From Piromyces finnis finn (lineage: Eukaryota > Fungi > Neocallimastigomycota): a stretch of DNA of 64,000 nt. This document shows, piece by piece, positions 54,725 to 64,000 of the stretch (its first letter is position 1; every line of letters starts with the position of its first letter). A program made the position numbers and the translations under genes. Where the stretch lies: positions 372,001 to 436,000 of the forward strand of contig MCFH01000030.1 of assembly GCA_002104945.1 (NCBI GenBank), given 5' to 3'. The notes beneath the pieces are model-generated. The model was not told where the DNA came from. It ran no database searches and worked only from the letters and a program-made list of their open reading frames with translations.

Positions 54725-57700
54725 ATGTCGGGAAGAAGAAAGAGAAATCAAAAGAAGAATAAGGATTTCGGATTTAATAGTGATGACGATGATAAATATG
54801 ATTTAAAATTTGACAATGATGATTTCGGTTCATCTAGAAATACTATGGCAACAGGTTTTGATTTATTAGCTTTAGATGATAATGATGATGATGATGAAGT
54901 TGAAGAAGTTGTAGCTCCAAAAAATAATAAAAAAAATAAAAAAAATAAAAAAACCTTTAGTTTTGATGATTTAGAAGTAGAAGATGACGAAGAAGAAGAA
55001 ATCAAACCAAAAGAAAAAAAAGGAAAAAAAGGTAAAAAGAATAAGAATAATTTTGATGACATTGAAAGTGATGAAGTTCCAGTTGCTAAAGATAAAAAAG
55101 GTAAAAAGGGAAAGAAAGGAAAGAAAAATAATTTCGATGATGATTTTGAAGCTGAAATGGAATTAAGTGCTAAACTTCAAGAAAATGATGAAGAAGTTAT
55201 CCCAATGGCTAAAAAAGGAAAGAAAGGAAAGAAGGGAAAAAAGAACCGTAATGATGATTTTGATGCTGAAATGGAAATGATTAGTCAACTTCAAGAACAA
55301 GAACAACAAAAGGAACAACAAAAGGAAGAAGAAGTTGAAGAAGAAGTTATTCCAATGGCTAAAAAAGGAAAGAAAGGAAAGAAGGGAAAAAAGAACCGTA
55401 ATGATGATTTTGATGCTGAAATGGAAATGATTAGTCAACTTCAAGAACAAGAACAAGAAAAGGAACAACAAAAGGAAGAAGAAGTTGAAGAAGAAGTTAT
55501 TCCAATGGCTAAAAAAGGAAAGAAAGGAAAGAAGGGAAAAAAGAACCGTAATGATGATTTTGATGCTGAAATGGAAATGATTAGTCAACTTCAAGAACAA
55601 GAACAAGAAAAGGAACAACAAAAGGAAGAAGAAGTTGAAGAAGAAATTGTTCCAATGGCTAAAAAAGGAAAGAAAGGAAAGAAAGGAAAAAAGAATCGTG
55701 ATGATGATTTTGATGCTGAAATGGAAATGATTAGTCAACTTCAAGAACAAAAACAACAAAAGGAACAACAAAAGGAAGAAGAAATTGAAGAAATCATTCC
55801 AATGGCTAAAAAGGGAAAGAAAGGAAAGAAAGGAAAAAAGAATCGTGATGATGATTTTGATGCTGAAATGGAAATGATAAGCCAACTTCAACAAGAAAAT
55901 GATCAAAAGACTAAGGAAGAATCTGAATCTATTGAAGTAACTGAAGAAACTGAATTAACTGAAAAAATGGAATCTTTAGATATAAGTACTGAAAATGTCA
56001 GTGAAGACGAAAGTGAAAAGAAAAAGAAGAAGAAGAAGAAGAAGAAGCACGATGATGAAGGTGATGATGTTGATGATGAAGATAGTGAAAAGAAGAAGAA
56101 GAAGAAAAAGAAGAAGAAGCATGATGAAGATGATGAAGATGGTGAAGACAATGAAGAAGATGATGGTGAAAAGAAAAAGAAGAAGAAAAAGAAGAAGAAG
56201 CATGATGAAGATGATGAAGATGGTGAAGACAATGAAGAAGATGATGGTGAAAAGAAAAAGAAGAAGAAGAAGAAGAAGAAGCACGATGATGAAGGAGAAG
56301 ATGTTGATGATGAAGACGGTGAAAAGAAGAAGAAAAAGAAGAAGAAGAAGAAGCACGATGATGAAGGAGAAGATGGTGAAGGTGAAGACAATGAAGAAGA
56401 TGATGGTGAAAAGAAGAAGAAGAAGAAGAAGAAGAAGAAGCACGATGATGATGGAGAAGATGTTGATGATGAGGATGGTGAAAAGAAAAAGAAGAAGAAG
56501 AAGAAGAAGCACGATGACGAAGGTGATGATAATGAAGATGATGATGGTGAAAAGAAAAAGAAGAAGAAGAAGAAGAAGAAGCACGATGATGAAGGAGAAG
56601 ATGTTGATGATGAAGATGGTGAAAAGAAGAAGAAGAAGAAGAAGAAGAAGCATGATGAAGATGAAGAAGAAGAAGATTCTACTCAAATTACTGAAGATAT
56701 TTCTGAATCTAAAGAAGTAGAACCAGAATCAGAAAAAGAACAAGAACAAGAACAAGAAAAAACATCTGGTAAGAAAAAGAAGGATAGAAGAAAGGGTCGT
56801 AGAAAGCCACGTGTCACAGTTGAAGCTACTGATATTTTAGCAGCTGCTATTTCTGCATCTGAAGTTTCTACACCAGCTGAAGTTGAAAGTGGTAATGATG
56901 ATAAGGAAACTAAAGAAAATATGGATAAGGTTACAGAAAAGTTAGAAAAATTAGATATTAATAATTCAGCAATCGATGAAATTGGTGAACTTAAAAATCG
57001 TGCTACTAGATCAACCATTCCAAAACCAGATAACTTAAATGTTACTGGTGACTATCTTTCACACATTAATTCAAAGGATATTCTTATCAACAATTTCTCA
57101 ATTAGTGCTTTCGGTCAACAATTAGTTAAAGATACTTCTTTAAGTTTAGTTCACGGACGTCGTTATGGTTTATTAGGTTCAAATGGTTGTGGTAAATCTA
57201 CTTTACTTCAAGTTATTGCAAGACGTGATGTTTACATTCCAAATACAATTGATATCTATGTTCTTGATCGTGAATTTGATGCCACTGATATGACAGCTAT
57301 TGAAGCTGTTGTCGATATTGTCAAAAGTGAAAAGAATAATTTGGAAATTGAAATGGAAGATATCTTAGCTGAAGGTAACACCGAAGACCCAAGATTAGAA
57401 GTTATTATGGAACGTCTTAATGAATTAGATGTAGGTTTTGCTGAAAGAAAGGCTAAAGACGTATTAAGAGGTCTTGGTTTCTCTGAAGAAATGCTTGGTA
57501 TGAAAACACGTGAATTCTCTGGTGGTTGGCGTATGAGAATTTCCTTAGCTCGTGCTCTTTTCGTTAAGCCAACTCTTTTACTTTTAGATGAACCAACTAA
57601 TCACTTAGATTTAGGTGCTTGTGTATGGTTAGAAGAATACTTAAAACAATATGAACACACTTTACTTATTATTTCTCACTCACAAGATTTCTTAAACGGT

Positions 57701-58681
57701 GTCTGTACTGATATTATTCATTTACAAAGAGGTAAACTTAACTACTACACTGGTGACTACGATACTTTTGTAAGAGCTCGTTCAGAAAAAGAAGCTAGTG
57801 CTCGTAAGAAGCAAAAGATTCAAGAAAAGCAAAATAAACTTATGCAAGAAAAAATGCAAAAAGAAGGTACTAGAGCAGTTAAGCAGTCTAAGGGTAAAGA
57901 AAAGATGCTTAGAGAAAGAAAAGAAAAGGCTGCTAAGGATATGGATGATGTAATTAATGAAAAGCAATTCTCTTTCAAGTTTAATGATTGTGGACGTGGT
58001 CTTCCACCACCGGTATTACAAGTTCGTGATGCTGACTTTGGTTATGACCGTGATCATATTCTTTTCAAGGACATTAACTTTGGTCTTGATTTAGATTCAC
58101 GTGTTACTATTGTTGGTCCAAATGGTGCTGGTAAGTCAACTCTTTTGAAATTATTAGTTGGTCAAATTGAACCATTAGCTGGTGAAGTTAAACGTAATCA
58201 TCACTTACGTATTGCACGTTTCCACCAACACTTGATGGAACAATTAAATATGGAACAATCTCCAGTAGAATATATGATTTCACATTTCCCAGAATACAAG
58301 GCTCAAGAAATGAGACAAATTATCGGTCGTTTCGGTTTAACTGGTAAAAGTCAAGTTATTCCAATGAGTCAATTATCTGACGGTCAATGTCGTCGTGTTA
58401 TCTTTGCCTGGTTAGCTATGCGTAATCCACATATTCTTTTCCTTGATGAACCTACAAACCACTTGGATATTGAAACCATTGATGCTCTTGCAGATGCTAT
58501 TGACAACTTTGATGGTGGTGTTATTTTAATTTCTCACGATTTCCGTTTAATTGATCAAGTTACTAAAGAAATTTGGGTAGTTGAAAACCAAAAGGTCACC
58601 CCATGGGAAGGTGATATTCGTGACTACAAAGAATATCTCAGAAAGCAATTTGAAGAAGCAGGTGGTATTGAACTTGTTTAA
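54725..58681 (+). CDS. ABCF2: ABC-F ATPase of ABCF2/Arb1 type with a ~770-aa charged N-terminal extension, 1318 aa, intronless
   Basis: Two NBDs and no TM domain: GSNGCGKS / FSGGW / LLDEPTNHLD and GPNGAGKS / LSDGQ / FLDEPTNHLD. The LSDGQ signature and DIETIDALADAI..ISHDFRLI match ABCF2/Arb1. Confidence 0.92.
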   Translation: MSGRRKRNQKKNKDFGFNSDDDDKYDLKFDNDDFGSSRNTMATGFDLLALDDNDDDDEVEEVVAPKNNKKNKKNKKTFSFDDLEVEDDEEEEIKPKEKKGKKGKKNKNNFDDIESDEVPVAKDKKGKKGKKGKKNNFDDDFEAEMELSAKLQENDEEVIPMAKKGKKGKKGKKNRNDDFDAEMEMISQLQEQEQQKEQQKEEEVEEEVIPMAKKGKKGKKGKKNRNDDFDAEMEMISQLQEQEQEKEQQKEEEVEEEVIPMAKKGKKGKKGKKNRNDDFDAEMEMISQLQEQEQEKEQQKEEEVEEEIVPMAKKGKKGKKGKKNRDDDFDAEMEMISQLQEQKQQKEQQKEEEIEEIIPMAKKGKKGKKGKKNRDDDFDAEMEMISQLQQENDQKTKEESESIEVTEETELTEKMESLDISTENVSEDESEKKKKKKKKKKHDDEGDDVDDEDSEKKKKKKKKKKHDEDDEDGEDNEEDDGEKKKKKKKKKKHDEDDEDGEDNEEDDGEKKKKKKKKKKHDDEGEDVDDEDGEKKKKKKKKKKHDDEGEDGEGEDNEEDDGEKKKKKKKKKKHDDDGEDVDDEDGEKKKKKKKKKHDDEGDDNEDDDGEKKKKKKKKKKHDDEGEDVDDEDGEKKKKKKKKKHDEDEEEEDSTQITEDISESKEVEPESEKEQEQEQEKTSGKKKKDRRKGRRKPRVTVEATDILAAAISASEVSTPAEVESGNDDKETKENMDKVTEKLEKLDINNSAIDEIGELKNRATRSTIPKPDNLNVTGDYLSHINSKDILINNFSISAFGQQLVKDTSLSLVHGRRYGLLGSNGCGKSTLLQVIARRDVYIPNTIDIYVLDREFDATDMTAIEAVVDIVKSEKNNLEIEMEDILAEGNTEDPRLEVIMERLNELDVGFAERKAKDVLRGLGFSEEMLGMKTREFSGGWRMRISLARALFVKPTLLLLDEPTNHLDLGACVWLEEYLKQYEHTLLIISHSQDFLNGVCTDIIHLQRGKLNYYTGDYDTFVRARSEKEASARKKQKIQEKQNKLMQEKMQKEGTRAVKQSKGKEKMLRERKEKAAKDMDDVINEKQFSFKFNDCGRGLPPPVLQVRDADFGYDRDHILFKDINFGLDLDSRVTIVGPNGAGKSTLLKLLVGQIEPLAGEVKRNHHLRIARFHQHLMEQLNMEQSPVEYMISHFPEYKAQEMRQIIGRFGLTGKSQVIPMSQLSDGQCRRVIFAWLAMRNPHILFLDEPTNHLDIETIDALADAIDNFDGGVILISHDFRLIDQVTKEIWVVENQKVTPWEGDIRDYKEYLRKQFEEAGGIELV
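55191..55900 (+). repeat. Five 150-bp (50-aa) coding tandem repeats
   Basis: CCAATGGCT anchor at 55202, 55352, 55502, 55652 and 55799. Unit EEVIPMAKKGKKGKKGKKNRNDDFDAEMEMISQLQEQEQEKEQQKEEEVE. Confidence 0.97.
56010..56670 (+). repeat. Nine coding repeats of E-K(9-10)-H followed by an acidic D/E/G spacer
   Basis: Counted in the translated ORF; the poly-Lys blocks are almost all AAG codons. Confidence 0.97.
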
Positions 58682-61600
58682 GTTTAAAATCCATTCCTTT
58701 GTTTTTTTTTTTTTTAATTTTTATATTAAAAAAAAGGGATAAATTGAAGAAAAAAAAATAAAATAAAAAATTATTCCCTTTATTTAAAATCACCCAACTC
58801 TAATTTTTAATAAAAAAAAATTTATCGATAATTATCAATAAACCTACTATTATGAAAAAAAAAAAAAAAAAACTTATCATCACTAAATAAACTATTTATA
58901 ATATATACTTTATCAATATATAGTATTTATATTTATAATAAATGTATATTTTCATTTTATTGCAATTAAGTAAATAAATAAAAAAATAATAATATTTATA
59001 ATAAAACAAATAAAAAAAAAAAGTAAAAATTCAAAATATAAAAAAAAAGGTTTATATAATAAATCTTTATGATTTTTTAATTTTATATTTTAAAAAAAAA
59101 AAAAAAAAAAAGTAGTAAATATAAAAGTTTACCAAAATCTATCAAAGATAGACTCTAATTATTTTTCAACTATCGGTACAAGTAATTTGAATCATCTATT
59201 CTATAAAAATAAACATTTTTTTTAAATTTTAAAAAAAAAATGGAGTTTAATGTATAAAGGTTTTTTTTATTTTTTTATTTTTAAAAAAATAATCTTTAAA
59301 AATTACTTTATTCAAGATAAAAAAAAAAAAAAAAAAAAGAATGGTATTTAAATTTCAAAGTATTTTCTTTTCTCAATGTATATTAAAGTTAAAAAAAAAA
59401 AAAAAGATTAAATTAAACAATATAGGTAGGATAAGTAAAAATGATAGAAACCCTTTTAATATTACGAAATTTATGAATAAATACTACTATTGATGATAAT
59501 TTATAGTTTCCAGGTTTAATCTTTTTTATTTATGATCCTCTAGTAAAAGGGTTTTTAACTAAAATAGAAATATTCTATTAATTTTAATTTATTTAAAATA
59601 GGAAATTTTTAATTAATTTTTTTTTATTCTAAAAAAATAAAAAATTACAACACTAATTTTCTTCAATTTTTAAAGTCAATAGAATCATAAAAACTTTTTC
59701 TTTTTTTTTTTTCCCTTCTTAACAATAATGAAGAGTAGCAGTAAGAAATAATAATAACATAATAAGATAATAATAAATATATTATTATAAATTAATGCCA
59801 AAGAATTTTTCAATAATATTTAAAATTTTCTTTTTTTTTTTTTTCAATTTTTAAGGCTACCGATAACCTACTTTAAAAGTATAGTAATAAACCAACTTGA
59901 GTTTAAAAGAGTGGATAAATATTCATGGTATAAAAATATACTTTTTATAGATAAAAACTTTTGAAACAAATTAAAAATTTCAATATATATAATAATATAT
60001 TAAATATATTAAAATTAATTATAATCTATAATAATATATTAATTCATATATTATTTAATAAGTTTTTTTTTTTGAATTTATAAAGTATAAAAAAATACCA
60101 AAAAAGGAAACTTTTAAAATACTCTATTATTTATAATATTATTGGGTTTGCCACGATTAATAATACTAATTATAATAAATCTTTTTTTTTTGTCAAATTT
60201 CAATAGATAAAGTTTATTTTTTTAATTAATTATTATATAATGTCAATATATATTAATATATACTCTTTTATATTATATAATTAACTTTATTTTAATCAAG
60301 GTTTTCATTTAAATTAAAAAGAAACTACTTTTAATATTGAATAACTATTTTTTATAAAACAATTTAAATGTATTGAATATATATTAATAATTTATTGATA
60401 ATATATTAATATATAAAATTATTTTAAACTCTAAACTTTAAAACTCATCTATGAAATTATACAATTTCTATTTCTATTTTTTAAAATTAAAAAAGCAATT
60501 TAGTTCTTATTATTATATTTCTTCTTAATGTATGAAGGACTAAAGACGTTTGAAAGGAATAACGATGATATTTAACTTCTTACTTAAAGTTTTATAATAT
60601 AAATATATTAATAAATATTTTATTAATTGGAATTTCTAAGGAGAATGAAAAAATTATTGTACAAAGATGTTGAGTTTAAAATTATTATAAGACTTCTTTT
60701 GATAAATTATTAGGTTTACCAGTAATACAGTAATACCAAGCTTTATTTAACCATGTAATTCAACATTTTATACCATATTTATTTTTAATTAATAAGTTAG
60801 TATGGGTTAAATGAATTGAATTTATATCATTTAATGAATTGAAGGAATGAATGAATAATACTGAAATATACTTTTAAATTCATCCATCCATAATAGTATT
60901 GATCTTAAGATAAATGTTATACTATCAAATAATGATGCTAGCCTGCATAATATAATTTTTATTATTTCTATTATTAATAATAATATATTAAATTTATGCA
61001 AAATACTTTGATAAATAACATTGCATATATTCATATATATTCTTAGAATTTTAATTTTTTTTTTGACATATAAATTTAATGTTGACGTTGATTCTATTAA
61101 GTCATATATTTTTTTCTCTTGTTAAACTTTTTTTGTGCTTAATCTTTTTTATTGAAAAAAAAAATCAATATTTTAATTCATTATTCTATTAATAAATAAT
61201 TAAAAATTTTTTAGAGTAGTAACCTTTCCTGTTATAGAATGTCTGAATCTCGTCTTGCAATATTCGTCATCCTTAACAGTTTTTTAGATGTGCTATTGAC
61301 TACCTATCCCTTTGTTGAAGCAATAACTCATATTTAAAGATTAATTATTTATTTTTTATTTTGAAATGCTTTTAAAATAATATATTTCAATTCTTTTTAA
61401 TATATATATTATTATATATTATAATAAATAATTGTATATAAGATTTATGAAATATATATTTTTTAAATATTTTTAAACTTATTGGTTAATATTTAATTAT
61501 AGACATTAATAAATAATGTATATTTTATTATAATCTAATATATGATATTAATGTAGCACAAGATAAATAAGACCAATATTATATTAAAAGTAGTATAAAT

Positions 61601-62848
61601 AATTAATTTAAATTTTTTATATTAATAATTATATCATGAATATATTTCTTATTTATTAGTATAATCATCAACTTTTTTTTTTACTATATATTATATATAT
61701 TAATATATATTGTATGTATTATAAAACTATTATTTAATAATATATGTTAATTCAAATATATTCATATATTTTGATATTTTTTTTTTTTTATAAAATTTGA
61801 AATTATAAATATTTAAGAAATCGCTTCTTTTTTTTTTTTTTTTTTTTTTTAACACTTCAGTAAAAAAGAAATAATAGTTGATAATTAAAATAATTAAAAT
61901 AATTATTTTTAAAAATATATTTTTCTTTTGTTTTAATGTTCCACTTTCAATTAAAATAATAATAATAATATAAAAAATATATTGATTTAAATAATATGAT
62001 ATAGAAAATTTCTAAGAAATATTATTTATATTCAATAATTAGAAAACACAATATATATATAAAACCAAATAAATTTCACTCTTAAAACCCAATACAACAG
62101 TCCATTTTTCATTGATTTATACTAATTTACATATATAATTTTAACTTATTTTAATATATTTATTATTAAAAAATATATATATATTTATTTTATAAAATAA
62201 AACCTTTATGTATATTTTCGATTTTCGTTTTGAAAAAATTATATAAATGCAGTTAAAAATTAATTTTTTATAAAAAAAAAGTTCATTTATTTTTTGTAAA
62301 TATTTAAAAGTTAAAAATTCTATAAGCTTGCGCATTATTTAATATTACTACTTACATATATCATAAATAATATTATTCAATATACAAATATCCAATAGCT
62401 CCTAAATTAATATTTATTATTATAAATAATTTATAAATAATTTTTATATAATAGAATATATTAATTTATTAAAACTCTATAAAAAAAAGTTAAACAATGA
62501 AAAAAATATATTTATAAATTAAGTAGAAAAACAAACTTTATATTAAATATAATATTAATACTAAAAAACATATTAAACAATGTTTTCATACACTAAAATT
62601 TAAATTAAAACAAAGAAATAGTATAAAATTTAAATATTTAAAACAAGAATAAATACTATATTAATTTACCAATAAATCCATATTATCGTATCAATTATTA
62701 TAAAGTGGATAAAATATACAATATATTTATAGCCTAGATATTCAATATTTACATATATATTAGAAATTATTTTTATTTATTTTTATATCCTTATTACTAT
62801 ATAACAATACAGACTATTATATCATATTTATTAAAATAAGTTATTAAT

Positions 62849-64000
62849 ATGGCTAAATTTAAGAAAATATTAAGTTTTTTAAAAGGCTCAAAAAAGAGAA
62901 AGAGTGTGGTTATTCATGATAGTAAAACTATTCGCAATAATGAAATTAATATCGGAGGACTTGCTGGTAATGGTAATAGAAGATTTGGTACTACTACCGG
63001 AAGACCTATTGTAGGTAATGGTGGCCATTATGAACAATTTCTTTATATAGATGATGTTAAAAATGGTGGATTAAAAAAAAGAACTTTGTCGGTTGCCCCA
63101 TCTGTTGTTTCTTCATCAAATTATACTCAAACAGATCAAGAATTTTCTGAAACATTAAGTCATTTACGTTCTGAAAGCTCAAAGTTAAACCGTAATAGTA
63201 GTAAGCCGATAAGTTCTCGTAATAATAGCATTGGAAATACAGCTTTTAATAAAACACCTACTAATGGTAAGAAAGGTAATAAGTCTTTTATTCTTAGACA
63301 AGATCCTATTGAAGAAGAGAAAATTATAGTAGAAGTTAAAGATAACGATAAAGAAGAAATTGAAATTGATGAAGATGAACTAATAGCAGCTGTTCATGAA
63401 TTCGATAATGAAATAAAACGTAATTCGGGTGCAAGTCCAACCAGTATTCCAACTGAAAATGCCACATTTATTTTAAAGGAAGACAAAGAAGATGAAGATG
63501 GAAATCAATCATTTATTATTAAAAATATTAATGATGATATTCAAACTAAAAAATTATCTTTTATTATTTCTTCAACAAATTGTTTAGAAGATGTTGAAGA
63601 AGAAAGTGAAGAAAATCTTAATCAATCTGTTGAATCATATCTTTTATCAACTCCAAATCTTAATTATAATGATAATGAAGAGGACAATGATGTTAATATT
63701 AAGGTTGAGGGTATAGAAAATATGAAAAAAGATTATTTAGCTAATAATAAAGAATCATTGAATGATAAAAATATTAGTGCTAAAGAGAGTTTAATTCAAT
63801 TCCAACCCCCTGAATTCAGTATCACTAATGAAAAAGTATACAACTATCGTAATAATGATCTCATAAAGAAAATCTTTAAAAAGATTCCTCATGAAAATGG
63901 ACATAATGAAGTGTTGGATGAAGATGAAGAATTTAGTAGTATTCATAATAAGAGAAAAGTAAATTTCGTCCTTAATACTCATAAAGGAAATAGTAATGAT
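62849..64000 (+). CDS. Hypothetical low-complexity protein, 3'-partial (384 codons open to the window edge)
   Basis: ATG at 62849 (MAKFKKILSFLKGSKKRKS). No stop found on manual reading to 64000, and the frame is absent from the ORF track, as expected for an open-ended ORF. No domain recognised. Confidence 0.8.
   Translation, partial: MAKFKKILSFLKGSKKRKSVVIHDSKTIRNNEINIGGLAGNGNRRFGTTTGRPIVGNGGHYEQFLYIDDVKNGGLKKRTLSVAPSVVSSSNYTQTDQEFSETLSHLRSESSKLNRNSSKPISSRNNSIGNTAFNKTPTNGKKGNKSFILRQDPIEEEKIIVEVKDNDKEEIEIDEDELIAAVHEFDNEIKRNSGASPTSIPTENATFILKEDKEDEDGNQSFIIKNINDDIQTKKLSFIISSTNCLEDVEEESEENLNQSVESYLLSTPNLNYNDNEEDNDVNIKVEGIENMKKDYLANNKESLNDKNISAKESLIQFQPPEFSITNEKVYNYRNNDLIKKIFKKIPHENGHNEVLDEDEEFSSIHNKRKVNFVLNTHKGNSND

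Noticed and set aside
54748-57967. Overlapping antisense and off-frame ORFs (e.g. 55163..55906, 55976..56686, 55995..56720)
   Set aside because: They stay open because of GAA/AAG/GAT repeats in the ABCF extension; there is no independent coding signal.
60831-61034. 67-aa minus-strand ORF
   Set aside because: Starts with a non-ATG codon in AT-rich DNA, has no recognisable motif, and no spliced model could be built.

Overview
This is a very AT-rich, intron-rich eukaryotic window. Composition, (AAT)n tracts and fungal-type proteins suggest an anaerobic gut fungus (Neocallimastigomycota); that assignment is inference only. The left end holds the 5' part of a non-LTR (LINE) retrotransposon on the minus strand. 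It has one uninterrupted frame from 3110 to the window edge, encoding an RRM-like N-terminus, a Q/S/N linker, an APE endonuclease and a reverse transcriptase. Upstream are structured 123-bp tandem monomers that directly abut a short RT-thumb fragment of a second LINE copy. Housekeeping genes follow: GRP94, PP1 inhibitor-2, synaptojanin, ELP2, TIM22, EXO70, CTR9, TFB2, ECO1, RPN8 and a PKR1-like gene. After these come an orphan ORF, an F-box/LRR gene, CWF19L1/DRN1 with three zinc knuckles, an ABCF2/ARB1-type ATPase with a ~770-aa repetitive charged extension, and an unknown ORF that runs off the right end. No rRNA, tRNA or CRISPR array was seen. Gene calls come from manual translation and motif recognition, with no database search. 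Exon boundaries are inferred from GT-AG sites and frame continuity.
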